From positions 1 through 33,353 of the forward strand of contig JBAZIT010000002.1 of the NCBI GenBank assembly GCA_041651675.1: a stretch of DNA of 33,353 nucleotides, written 5' to 3'. Origin of the DNA: Candidatus Omnitrophota bacterium (GTDB lineage: Bacteria > Omnitrophota > Gorgyraeia > Gygaellales > Profunditerraquicolaceae). The notes beneath the pieces were generated by a model. It was given only the letters and a program-made list of their open reading frames with translations, searched no databases and was not told where the DNA came from. Every line of letters begins with the position of its first letter. Position 1 is the first letter of the stretch. Below, piece after piece: positions 17,864-25,494 of this stretch. Made by a program: the position numbers and the translations under genes.

Positions 17864-17912
17864 AAAAAAAAGAAACCTTCATTGGCCAGTAAAATAACCA
17901 ATAAAGGTTTCT
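17864..17912 (-). terminator. hairpin plus U-tract between rubrerythrin and the complex operon
   Basis: Arms 17871..17885 and 17898..17912 form 15 bp with one mismatch and a 12-nt loop. On the minus strand 8 T follow. The element ends only about 20 nt upstream of ATG 17843. Confidence 0.5.
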
Positions 17913-18009
17913 CGTTGTTTTTTTAGCCCAGACCCACCTTAAAACTCGGAACTAAATTTTACAAAAATAGTATACCACTTCTTCCGTTAAAATCAAGCTA
18001 TTCTGTATT

Positions 18010-18588
18010 TTAATAATTCTCCGCCAGTAATTCGTAAAACGACTGCGGGTGTTTGCAGGCAGGGCATTGCTTCGGAGCTTCGCTGCCTTCGGAAACATAG
18101 CCGCAGTTAAGGCAGTGCCATTTTACCGGCGCCTTTTTCTTGAACACCTCTGCTTTGGCGACATTATTAATCAATTTTCTGTATCTGGCTTCATGGAACT
18201 TCTCTACCTTGGATATCTGCTCAAAAGAACTCGCTACCTCGGGGAACCCCTCAATTTCCGCGGTCTTGCCAAAGTCCGAATAAAGAGTAGTCCACTCCAT
18301 ATTTTCTCCGGCAGCAGCCTCTTCCAGGTTGGTCTTGGTATCTTTGATCATCCCTGCAGGGTAGGAAGCAGTAATCTCCACGTCTCCGCCTTCAAGATAC
18401 TTAAAAAATACCTTAGCGTGCTCTTTCTCGTTCTCCGCGGTCTCCATAAAGATATTGGCGATCTGCTCAAAGCCTTCTTTGCGCGCGGCGCTGGCAAAAT
18501 ACGTATAGCGATTGCGCGCCTGCGCTTCTCCGGCAAACGCCGCCAGGAGATTCTTTTCTGTCTTAGTGCCCTTAATTGATTTACCCAT
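18010..18588 (-). CDS. rbr: rubrerythrin
   Basis: The ferritin-like di-iron region reads [23 protein letters not shown]...[10 protein letters not shown]. The C-terminal rubredoxin-like domain has CLNCGY...CPACKHP. GGAGGA RBS precedes ATG 18588, so the track's 15-aa N-terminal extension is unlikely. Confidence 0.92.
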   Translation of the reverse strand: MGKSIKGTKTEKNLLAAFAGEAQARNRYTYFASAARKEGFEQIANIFMETAENEKEHAKVFFKYLEGGDVEITASYPAGMIKDTKTNLEEAAAGENMEWTTLYSDFGKTAEIEGFPEVASSFEQISKVEKFHEARYRKLINNVAKAEVFKKKAPVKWHCLNCGYVSEGSEAPKQCPACKHPQSFYELLAENY

Positions 18589-18601
18589 CAGCCCTTCCTC
18601 C

Positions 18602-18727
18602 TTATCCTTCGATTTTTTCCATAGGCTTCTCACAACAAACTAATTCACCTCCGCCTACTTTAGTCACCACTACCTCATTCCCGCATACGCTGCAACGGTA
18701 TTTTTCGCCTGTATTTTTAACACCCAT
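18602..18727 (-). CDS. desulforedoxin-like small iron protein (41 aa)
   Basis: Not in the ORF track. Sequence is [41 protein letters not shown], which has the CxxCGN...CC pattern of desulforedoxin. AAGGAG lies 6 nt upstream of ATG 18727. Confidence 0.75.
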   Translation of the reverse strand: MGVKNTGEKYRCSVCGNEVVVTKVGGGELVCCEKPMEKIEG

Positions 18728-18755
18728 TTTTATCTCCTTATCCTCGGTTCCGGCT

Positions 18756-19103
18756 TTAAATTGTCTCGATAATCAAATAGCTCAATAAACAACTGATGAT
18801 GCTAAAAAGTATGTACCCCCAGAAAGCCGGCCAGAAACCCGTAATCACAAAACCTTTGACGATTTTGGACACCAGGTAAAAAAGCGCGCCGTTAATAAAA
18901 AGCGTGAAAATCCCTAAAGTCAGGATATTGATCGGTAGAGTGACCAAGATAATCAGCGGCCTTAAAAAAGCATTAATGATCCCCAGGACCAGGGCGATTA
19001 CCAGTACAACCGCCGTACTGGACACTTCTATGCCTTTGACAATGTGGGCGACAATAAAAATTGCCAGAGCGTTAATTAACCACTTCACCAGAAAATATAC
19101 CAT
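18756..19103 (-). CDS. DUF360 / phage-holin-family-4-like small membrane protein
   Basis: MVYFLVKWLINALAIFIVAHIV..., about 4 TM helices. GAGGAGGG RBS precedes ATG 19103. Confidence 0.7.
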   Translation of the reverse strand: MVYFLVKWLINALAIFIVAHIVKGIEVSSTAVVLVIALVLGIINAFLRPLIILVTLPINILTLGIFTLFINGALFYLVSKIVKGFVITGFWPAFWGYILFSIISCLLSYLIIETI

Positions 19104-19104
19104 T

Positions 19105-20034
19105 TTAAACCCTCCTCTCACCTTTTTTTGACCAGATCTCTGCTAAACCAGCAGCGCTGATAATACACCAGGTCGCGAAAAGCGCGTTGGGAATGGCGGC
19201 TTCCGCGGAAATATGTTTAATCGCCAGCACCGCGCCCATTCCGGCATTCTGCATCCCGACATTGATTGCTAGGGTGCGCCTCTGCCGGAGGTTAAACCCG
19301 AATCCTTTGCCGGTAAGATAACCCAGGAGAAGGCCAAAAACATTCAGGCTGATTACGGCGATAAAGATCATGCCGGTAACCTTGCCCAGGGCGTCTTTAT
19401 TCAACGCCACGACTAAACCGCAGATAAAAGCGATAAACAGAGTTGAAAGCGCCGGAAATACCGGCTTGATCCTGGATGTAATTTTATGAAAACGGTGCTG
19501 CACCCACAAACCGAACATAAGAGGCAAAATAACCATCAGCACGATGCTCTTAACCATAGGCCAGAATTGTATCGGAATATACTCTTTCCCTAAAAAATAA
19601 GTTAAAGCCGGCGTGATTAAGGGAGATACCAGCGTCGTAGCTGTTGTTAATGCTACGGATAGCGCTACATCAGCTTCGGCCAGGTAAGACATAACTCCCG
19701 CAGCCATGGCATCCGGAACAGACGCAGCCAGGATCAGCCCTATAGCCAAAGCCGGAGCCAGGCCTAAGGTTTTTATAATAATAAAAGCTAAAAGGGGCAT
19801 GATAATGAATTGCGCAGCCGTCCCCAGAAAAATCAATTTTGGCTTTTCCAGGATCGGTTTAAAATCTTTTATCGAAAGTAAGCAGCCGATACCGAACATA
19901 GTAACGCCGAACAACCAGTCAATAAAAGGCTTTAGCGGCACCAGCGCCTGTGGAAAAACATATCCTACAACCGCAGCCAAAACTACCCATACGACTAACA
20001 ACCTGGAGAATCTTTCTAAAATCCTCTTCAACAT
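19105..20034 (-). CDS. bile acid:sodium symporter (BASS) family transporter
   Basis: Polytopic protein with a typical BASS core. The start is set at ATG 20034 (MLKRILERF) because the track's upstream extension overlaps the RRM gene in another frame. Confidence 0.75.
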   Translation of the reverse strand: MLKRILERFSRLLVVWVVLAAVVGYVFPQALVPLKPFIDWLFGVTMFGIGCLLSIKDFKPILEKPKLIFLGTAAQFIIMPLLAFIIIKTLGLAPALAIGLILAASVPDAMAAGVMSYLAEADVALSVALTTATTLVSPLITPALTYFLGKEYIPIQFWPMVKSIVLMVILPLMFGLWVQHRFHKITSRIKPVFPALSTLFIAFICGLVVALNKDALGKVTGMIFIAVISLNVFGLLLGYLTGKGFGFNLRQRRTLAINVGMQNAGMGAVLAIKHISAEAAIPNALFATWCIISAAGLAEIWSKKGERRV

Positions 20035-20068
20035 AAATATACTCTCTGCCCTTAAAAAGTCAAAAGGA

Positions 20069-20683
20069 TCAGCTATTTTTATAGCTTTCCCGTTTTTTAC
20101 TGACCTTGAGCTTGGATTTTTGGGCCAGCCGGATACTCTTTTTCCAGGGCTTAGCTTCCCCTTCTGTCTTCTTCCAGGGTTTCTGCTCACCCGAGCCCTT
20201 TTGCCAGGGCTTAGCCTGATCTTTTCTTTTACGCCAGCGCATCGGATTATCCTGGAACCCCTTACGCGGCTTAGCTTCCTCCTGCATCCCGATTAACCCC
20301 TTACGCTTCATATAACTTCGCGTGCGCCTTCCACCCTTGTATGTACCTGGCAGCCTAGAGAAACGTACTTGTGGCAGTTGCGGTTTAGGTTTCGGCTTAT
20401 TTTTTTCTTTTAACTTGCGGCTGGCCTGAGCTTCTTCTTTGGTGCGCGCCGGGCCCACATTAAGCAAACGGCCCATGAATTCTTTAGCATTAAGTCCGGC
20501 TATCGCGGCGAGTGCCTGCGCTTCATCCGGAATATCCACAAAACCAAAACCCCTGGACTTGGGCGCGGTTTTTTGCTTCTCCATTACAATTACTACGGAA
20601 AGAACATCTCCAAAGCCTTCAAACAGCTTCTTTACATCCTCCTCATTAGCTTCAAACGGTAAATTACCCACGAAAATATTCAT
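20069..20683 (-). CDS. RRM-type RNA-binding protein with a basic repeat tail
   Basis: RNP2 is IFVGNL and RNP1 is RGFGFV. The C-terminal Lys/Arg-rich tail contains three KPW(Q/K)K repeats. Confidence 0.85.
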   Translation of the reverse strand: MNIFVGNLPFEANEEDVKKLFEGFGDVLSVVIVMEKQKTAPKSRGFGFVDIPDEAQALAAIAGLNAKEFMGRLLNVGPARTKEEAQASRKLKEKNKPKPKPQLPQVRFSRLPGTYKGGRRTRSYMKRKGLIGMQEEAKPRKGFQDNPMRWRKRKDQAKPWQKGSGEQKPWKKTEGEAKPWKKSIRLAQKSKLKVSKKRESYKNS

Positions 20684-20684
20684 T

Positions 20685-21059
20685 TTAAATTTCTCTGTTC
20701 TTCTTTCTTTTTTTTGATTTAACTACTGAACATAATACATCCGCAAACGGAGACAATTTTCCGCCTTCGTAAGGGAATTCTTTACAGTGGGCAGGCTTCA
20801 AATCATAATTGACCTTATGGATCGAGCACAGGCCTTTAGGGGTAAGAAAAGAACAGCGGTTGTCCTCAACGCTCGTGCCCACCCGGTAGCCGGAAGGATA
20901 ATCTCCATCCTTTTCCAGATGGTAAAAATCCCCTTTTAGCCCAAGGGCTAATATTTTTTTAGCTTCATCCAGGTCTACCCAGGCTCCAAAATTACAACAG
21001 GAATGCTGTTCCCTGCATTTCAGGCAATCAATCTTCTGTGTTCCTTTTTTCGGTTTCAT
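20685..21059 (-). CDS. YkgJ-family (UPF0153) cysteine-cluster protein
   Basis: CLKCREQHSCC (the CxxCxxxxxCC context) and CSFLTPKGLCSIH...HCKEFPY are present. Confidence 0.65.
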   Translation of the reverse strand: MKPKKGTQKIDCLKCREQHSCCNFGAWVDLDEAKKILALGLKGDFYHLEKDGDYPSGYRVGTSVEDNRCSFLTPKGLCSIHKVNYDLKPAHCKEFPYEGGKLSPFADVLCSVVKSKKRKKNREI

Positions 21060-21076
21060 TTTGCCTCTTTATAGGT

Positions 21077-21115
21077 AAAAAAATAGGGCTCGGCACAAAT
21101 AATGCCGGGCCCTAT
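21077..21115 (-). terminator. rho-independent terminator after the cspA-like gene
   Basis: Minus strand reads ATAGGGCCCGGCA-ttatttg-TGCCGAGCCCTAT, 13 bp with one mismatch, followed by TTTTTTT. Confidence 0.8.
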
Positions 21116-21127
21116 CGGTTTTTCAGG

Positions 21128-21328
21128 TTATAACTTGACGACCTTAGTCGCCTGTTCGCCTTTAGGGCCCTGTTCGATCTCAAATTCGACCTGCTGGCCT
21201 TCAGCTAAAGACTTGTATCCTTCGCCCTGAATAGACGAATGATGCACAAATACATCCTTTCCGTTCTCCGGGGTGATAAAACCATAACCTTTTTGGTCAC
21301 TGAACCACTTTACTGATCCTTTTACCAT
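21128..21328 (-). CDS. cspA: cold-shock protein CspA family
   Basis: [33 protein letters not shown]..., with canonical RNP1/RNP2. AAGGAGG RBS. Confidence 0.95.
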   Translation of the reverse strand: MVKGSVKWFSDQKGYGFITPENGKDVFVHHSSIQGEGYKSLAEGQQVEFEIEQGPKGEQATKVVKL

Positions 21329-21435
21329 TGTTTGCTACCTCCTTTTCTCAAGAATTATAGTAAACCTGTCAGAAATCTGCCTCACTCTTACCTGATAGAT
21401 ACTATAACTCTAACCGGGCAAACAATGACAGCGAT

Positions 21436-21492
21436 AAAAAAAACCGCAAGGTTAGTTTCCTAATCCTCACGGCCTAAGACTTCTAATCTTTT
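21436..21492 (-). promoter_or_regulatory. second copy of the csp leader element (palindrome plus hairpin plus U8)
   Basis: Minus strand reads AAAAGATTAGAAGTCTTAGGCCGTGAGGATTAGGAAACTAACCTTGCGGTTTTTTTTATC. With csp leader 5992..6044 it shares AAAGATTAGAA, TCTTA, GCCGT, CTAACCTT and the U-run. Confidence 0.6.
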
Positions 21493-21503
21493 ACTACAGG
21501 CTT

Positions 21504-21531
21504 ATATTACCACAATTCCGCAATTAGTCAA
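21504..21531 (-). promoter_or_regulatory. sigma70-like promoter (TTGACT - 16 nt - TAATAT)
   Basis: On the minus strand, TTGACT is at 21531..21526 and TAATAT at 21509..21504. The -35 hexamer and spacer length match the other csp promoter. Confidence 0.45.
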
Positions 21532-21558
21532 GCAGAATAAAATAAAAATTGGAATCCT

Positions 21559-22971
21559 CTAGGTTATCCTCCTGGCCCTTTGGTATTGGTTATGCTCCTT
21601 GATCCCTCTTAAGAAAGTGTATGTCCCTACTAACTTAGCCGCGGAGATTACCCATCTGTACCACAAATATTCAGTAAGGCTCAGGAACATAAGATACGCC
21701 GTATAACCCAACGGAAACAACCTCTGGACGCGGACGAAGGAAAATATGGAAAAGATCGAAGTGACCGCCTGGGTCAGGGTCATAAGCAAAGCAAATAAAA
21801 GAAAAACCTTTATGTCGAGCAAGCCGGACAGCCACCCCAGGCCGATAAAAAATATCCCGGCGAGCTCAAAAAACACCCCCAAGACCTCGTAAAGAAGAAA
21901 GTACGGCAGAGTAAGGAAGGCGAAAACGCCAAAACGCGGATTAAGGATCATGTATTTATAGTGGGCCACGGTCTCGTTGGTGACCCTCTGCCAGCGGCTG
22001 CGCTGCGAGATAATTGAAGAAACGCTGCTTGGGCCTTCAGTCCAGCCTACCGAATACGGCAGCATGACTATGCGGTAATCTTTATCTTTGTTCTTTACCA
22101 AATAGTCGTGGGCGCGGAAAGTAAATTCAATGTCTTCGCAGGTAAAATCCGCCGAGAAACCTCCTAACTCGTATAAAATATCCCGGCGCCACATGCTGAA
22201 TCCGCCCGCCACAACCGGCATAGCGTTATACTTGCTTAGACCGATGCGGTTGCCGATGAACGAACGGATATACTCCAGGTTTTGATAAGCGATCAGGGGA
22301 TTGAGGGAAAAACGCTTCTCCAGGATCCTGCCGTCCTTGATCCTTAGGTCGTTGGAAAGCCCGAAATAGCTGCCTATTCCTATAATCTTGTCCGGATCCC
22401 TGCCGACATGCGCCATTACTTTAAGCAGCGCGTTCTGCTCTAAGACGGTATCAGCATCCACCACGCACACATATTCATTTCTGGCAAAATTAAGCCCGGC
22501 ATTAACCGCTCCCGCCTTCTTTAAACCCTTATCCTTGCTGATCACCGTAACATTGGGGTATTTCGTGCTTTTAAATATAGTGCGGATAACGCCGTCTTTA
22601 TAATGCTTTATATACGGCATATCCAGGGGCTTTGACTCCAAGATCTTATTCACAATCTCCAGGGTATTATCCTGCGAATCATCATCAACGATAATTACCT
22701 CAAATTTAGGATAATTAAGGTTAAGGATGGATAATAAGGCGTCGGCGATCCAGCCCTCCTCATTTCTGGCTGGCATGATAATACTGACGGATAAAGCGTT
22801 ACTGGCCAGGTAGGCCAGGGGATAATCTTCTGTCCGGCTCTCCCAGGACCTTTTCCTGCCTTCGATATAACCAAGAGCCGCTAGAAAAAGATAAAAAGCG
22901 CTAAGGAACAAAAAATAAGCGAAGAAAAAAATAAAAATAAAATAAGTAAAATTAGCGATAAATACAGCCAT
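21559..22971 (-). CDS. processive family-2 glycosyltransferase (PgaC/YaiP/cellulose-synthase-like polysaccharide synthase)
   Basis: N-terminal TM helices, then VDDDSQD, VVDADT, GGFSMWRR and the QRSRWQRV (QxxRW) motif, followed by C-terminal TM helices. Confidence 0.85.
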   Translation of the reverse strand: MAVFIANFTYFIFIFFFAYFLFLSAFYLFLAALGYIEGRKRSWESRTEDYPLAYLASNALSVSIIMPARNEEGWIADALLSILNLNYPKFEVIIVDDDSQDNTLEIVNKILESKPLDMPYIKHYKDGVIRTIFKSTKYPNVTVISKDKGLKKAGAVNAGLNFARNEYVCVVDADTVLEQNALLKVMAHVGRDPDKIIGIGSYFGLSNDLRIKDGRILEKRFSLNPLIAYQNLEYIRSFIGNRIGLSKYNAMPVVAGGFSMWRRDILYELGGFSADFTCEDIEFTFRAHDYLVKNKDKDYRIVMLPYSVGWTEGPSSVSSIISQRSRWQRVTNETVAHYKYMILNPRFGVFAFLTLPYFLLYEVLGVFFELAGIFFIGLGWLSGLLDIKVFLLFALLMTLTQAVTSIFSIFSFVRVQRLFPLGYTAYLMFLSLTEYLWYRWVISAAKLVGTYTFLRGIKEHNQYQRARRIT

Positions 22972-22976
22972 ATTAA

Positions 22977-24260
22977 TCAGTCCTTGCGGCCGGCGATACC
23001 TCGTTCCAAAGTATCCGCCGCCTGCTCGTCTATATTCCTTATGATGTCCAGCATCTTGCCCTGTTCCTCTCCCGGTAGGCCTAATAACGCTGCTCCGAGC
23101 CCAGCATAAGCGCAGGAGACGATTAACCCCTTTAACAGGAACTCTGCCGCCTCTTTTTCCTTCTTGGATCTGGACAAGATCTCCTTAAACAGCTTAATGA
23201 TGTAGCCGGATTCCTCCAGCGCCTCAACGGATATCCTCCTGGCCATTTCATCGTCACCATACAGAAAATCCTCCGCATAAGAAAGGCATATTTCTATGTT
23301 CGCGGCCATCAGGAATTTAACGCTTTCTATGACCGAAAGAGAACCGTCATTGATCCTGCCCATGATCTGAGGCAGACCTTCTTTACCTAAAACTTTAAAA
23401 AGGGACTTGACTGCGCAAACCCTGACCTTCCAAAAATCATCGGTAAGGCATTTCGTAATAATGCTCGCTGAATCTCGGCTGCCGAACTCCCCCAAACAAT
23501 CGCAGGCTGAAGCGCGCACTTCCGCGGATTTATCCCCGGTCAGCTCCTCAATCTTTTGGCGATACTGCAAGGCCTTAAGCCTTCCGATGAGCTTGACTGC
23601 CCAACTCCTGACCTCCGGGTCAGGGCTGGCGGTTAATCCAATGGCCTTGACCGCTATTTCCGGCGGGAATGATTCTAAGAGCGAAAATATCCGGTAGCGG
23701 TAAAAAGAACGCTTTTCTATAAAATCCAAAAGGATGCCGGCAGACAGAGCACTCCTGATCTGCCCAAGCGCAAGGATCGAAAAATATGCGATATCAGCGT
23801 CCCTATCGTTAATTGTTCTTTGAAGGGTATCTAAAGATGCGGCGGCCTGCGCATACCCCAGAGTTAAAATGGCTTCGATACGGCGCCATTTATTCCAGGA
23901 GAATAGAGCTGTTTTTTCTATCTTTGCGATCTTTTCGGCTGAAACAAAACAACTCTTCAGGATTTCCTGCTCTGATTCATTAAAAAAAACTATCTCCCTG
24001 TTCCTGTTGGTAGTCACATCGAGGAATTGCTGCGGAGTAACTCCGGAGACTGACGCTAAGCAGGCCTCATTATCCGCTTCTTTCCCGGAGAGCACCAGCT
24101 CATAAACATTGCTCTTTATATTCAGTAAGGCGCGGTTACGCCTTTTCCAGGAGTATTCTCTGGCCAGCGAATAAAAAATAGTCAATAACCCCGCCGCGGC
24201 GACCAGATAAAGAAGTATTTTATCAATAGCCCAGATTAATTCCGGATAATAGTTGTGCAT
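22977..24260 (-). CDS. membrane-anchored HEAT-repeat protein
   Basis: N-terminal TM helix. Repeated PDPEVRSWAVKLIG, SAEVRASACDCLG and DDFWKVRVCAVKSL units are of the HEAT/PBS-lyase type. Confidence 0.7.
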   Translation of the reverse strand: MHNYYPELIWAIDKILLYLVAAAGLLTIFYSLAREYSWKRRNRALLNIKSNVYELVLSGKEADNEACLASVSGVTPQQFLDVTTNRNREIVFFNESEQEILKSCFVSAEKIAKIEKTALFSWNKWRRIEAILTLGYAQAAASLDTLQRTINDRDADIAYFSILALGQIRSALSAGILLDFIEKRSFYRYRIFSLLESFPPEIAVKAIGLTASPDPEVRSWAVKLIGRLKALQYRQKIEELTGDKSAEVRASACDCLGEFGSRDSASIITKCLTDDFWKVRVCAVKSLFKVLGKEGLPQIMGRINDGSLSVIESVKFLMAANIEICLSYAEDFLYGDDEMARRISVEALEESGYIIKLFKEILSRSKKEKEAAEFLLKGLIVSCAYAGLGAALLGLPGEEQGKMLDIIRNIDEQAADTLERGIAGRKD

Positions 24261-25097
24261 TTAGAATTTCAGCGATAAAGAAGTGTTAATACTGCGTTTA
24301 ATAAAATCGGGTTTTTCTGTTCCGTAGGAATAACCGACCCTGGCAATAGCCCAGGGGCAAACATTGAAGTTCAGCCCCCCAAAAACTATATATCCGGACT
24401 GATCGCGGGACGGAAGCTCAAAGATATCGTAAAGCCGCTCTCCTACCGCTGCCCCTAAAGAAAGGGCAAGGCGCTTGGTTAGCGCGAAGTTCCCCTTGAC
24501 CGTGCCGAATTGCGCCGTGCCCCGGCTTTCAGTAAGAGATAAACCGTAATCAACGCTGATATAATTATCCCCGAAATAATAGATCAACCCCGGATAAACC
24601 ATATGCGTATCGTTCTCAGAGTAATCCCGGTAATTATACCCTACCTGCCAAAAAAGATTTTTATGGAGGCGATGTCCGTATTCAATTATCGACTGGAGCT
24701 TATACATATAAGTAATATCCCAACCCCAGCCTCCTTCGATATGCGCATAAGAATTCGGGAAATTCATATAAGCCCCAAAGTTAGCGGTATAATTATTAAC
24801 ACTAAACCGGTTCCATTGAGAAATAGTACCGTACGCCTGGATATTGCGGTATTTATAGCCTATGCGGTTGGTAATCTCTCTCCATCTCCCGGGCCGCGAA
24901 CCCTGGATCACCTTGCTTCCTTCATAGTAAGAATCCCAAAAGAACTCCCCCTTTTCCCTGGCCTTCTCTTCCGGCACAACCTCAGGCCTCGGGATAGGGG
25001 CCCTTAATAGCTGTTCGGTCTGGGCTTCGCCGGCCGCATAAATCAGCGCAGGCCACCAGAGTATCGCAATAAAAATAAAGCTGATACATTTCTTCAT
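24261..25097 (-). CDS. outer-membrane beta-barrel protein (YaiO-like)
   Basis: Signal peptide, alternating aromatic/Gly-rich beta-strand pattern, and a C-terminal ...SLSLKF with terminal Phe. Confidence 0.65.
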   Translation of the reverse strand: MKKCISFIFIAILWWPALIYAAGEAQTEQLLRAPIPRPEVVPEEKAREKGEFFWDSYYEGSKVIQGSRPGRWREITNRIGYKYRNIQAYGTISQWNRFSVNNYTANFGAYMNFPNSYAHIEGGWGWDITYMYKLQSIIEYGHRLHKNLFWQVGYNYRDYSENDTHMVYPGLIYYFGDNYISVDYGLSLTESRGTAQFGTVKGNFALTKRLALSLGAAVGERLYDIFELPSRDQSGYIVFGGLNFNVCPWAIARVGYSYGTEKPDFIKRSINTSLSLKF

Positions 25098-25477
25098 TTC
25101 TTGTACTTCTCCGCTATCCCCAGGGTCACATTGATATTATCTATTTCGGACTGTAGATCGCCGGTCTTCAGGATAAATCCGGAGGCGTTAAATTGATTCG
25201 CCGCCTTAAACCGCTCTTCATTGCTGAAAGCCGTGATGATGAATATGGGTATTTTCTGGTCTTCTTTTCTTATCTCCCTTAAAACCTCCAGGCCGTTTAT
25301 CTCCGGCATCATTACGTCCAGGATAAGCGCGTCGGGTTTTTCCCGCCGGAATTTTTCCAAAGCCTCCCGGCCGTTCATCGCGGTGACCACGTTATAGCTG
25401 TTAGCCTCTAACCGCGCCTTCAATAACTGCAAAAAATCTATCTCGTCATCTACCAGCAATACTTTTTTCTTTGCCAT
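25094..25477 (-). CDS. single-domain response regulator (CheY-like receiver)
   Basis: VLLVDDE, LILDVMMP, IITAF and FILKT are present, so all receiver signature residues are there. Confidence 0.9.
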   Translation of the reverse strand: MAKKKVLLVDDEIDFLQLLKARLEANSYNVVTAMNGREALEKFRREKPDALILDVMMPEINGLEVLREIRKEDQKIPIFIITAFSNEERFKAANQFNASGFILKTGDLQSEIDNINVTLGIAEKYKK

Positions 25478-25494
25478 AAAAAATCCTTATCCAC

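Noticed and set aside
18589-18633. 15-aa N-terminal extension of rubrerythrin
   Set aside because: A GGAGGA Shine-Dalgarno precedes the internal ATG at 18588. The extension would also overlap the desulforedoxin 3' end.
20035-20190. N-terminal 52-aa extension of the BASS transporter ORF
   Set aside because: The extension overlaps the RRM-protein gene in another frame and is basic, non-membrane sequence. ATG 20034 starts directly at the first TM segment.
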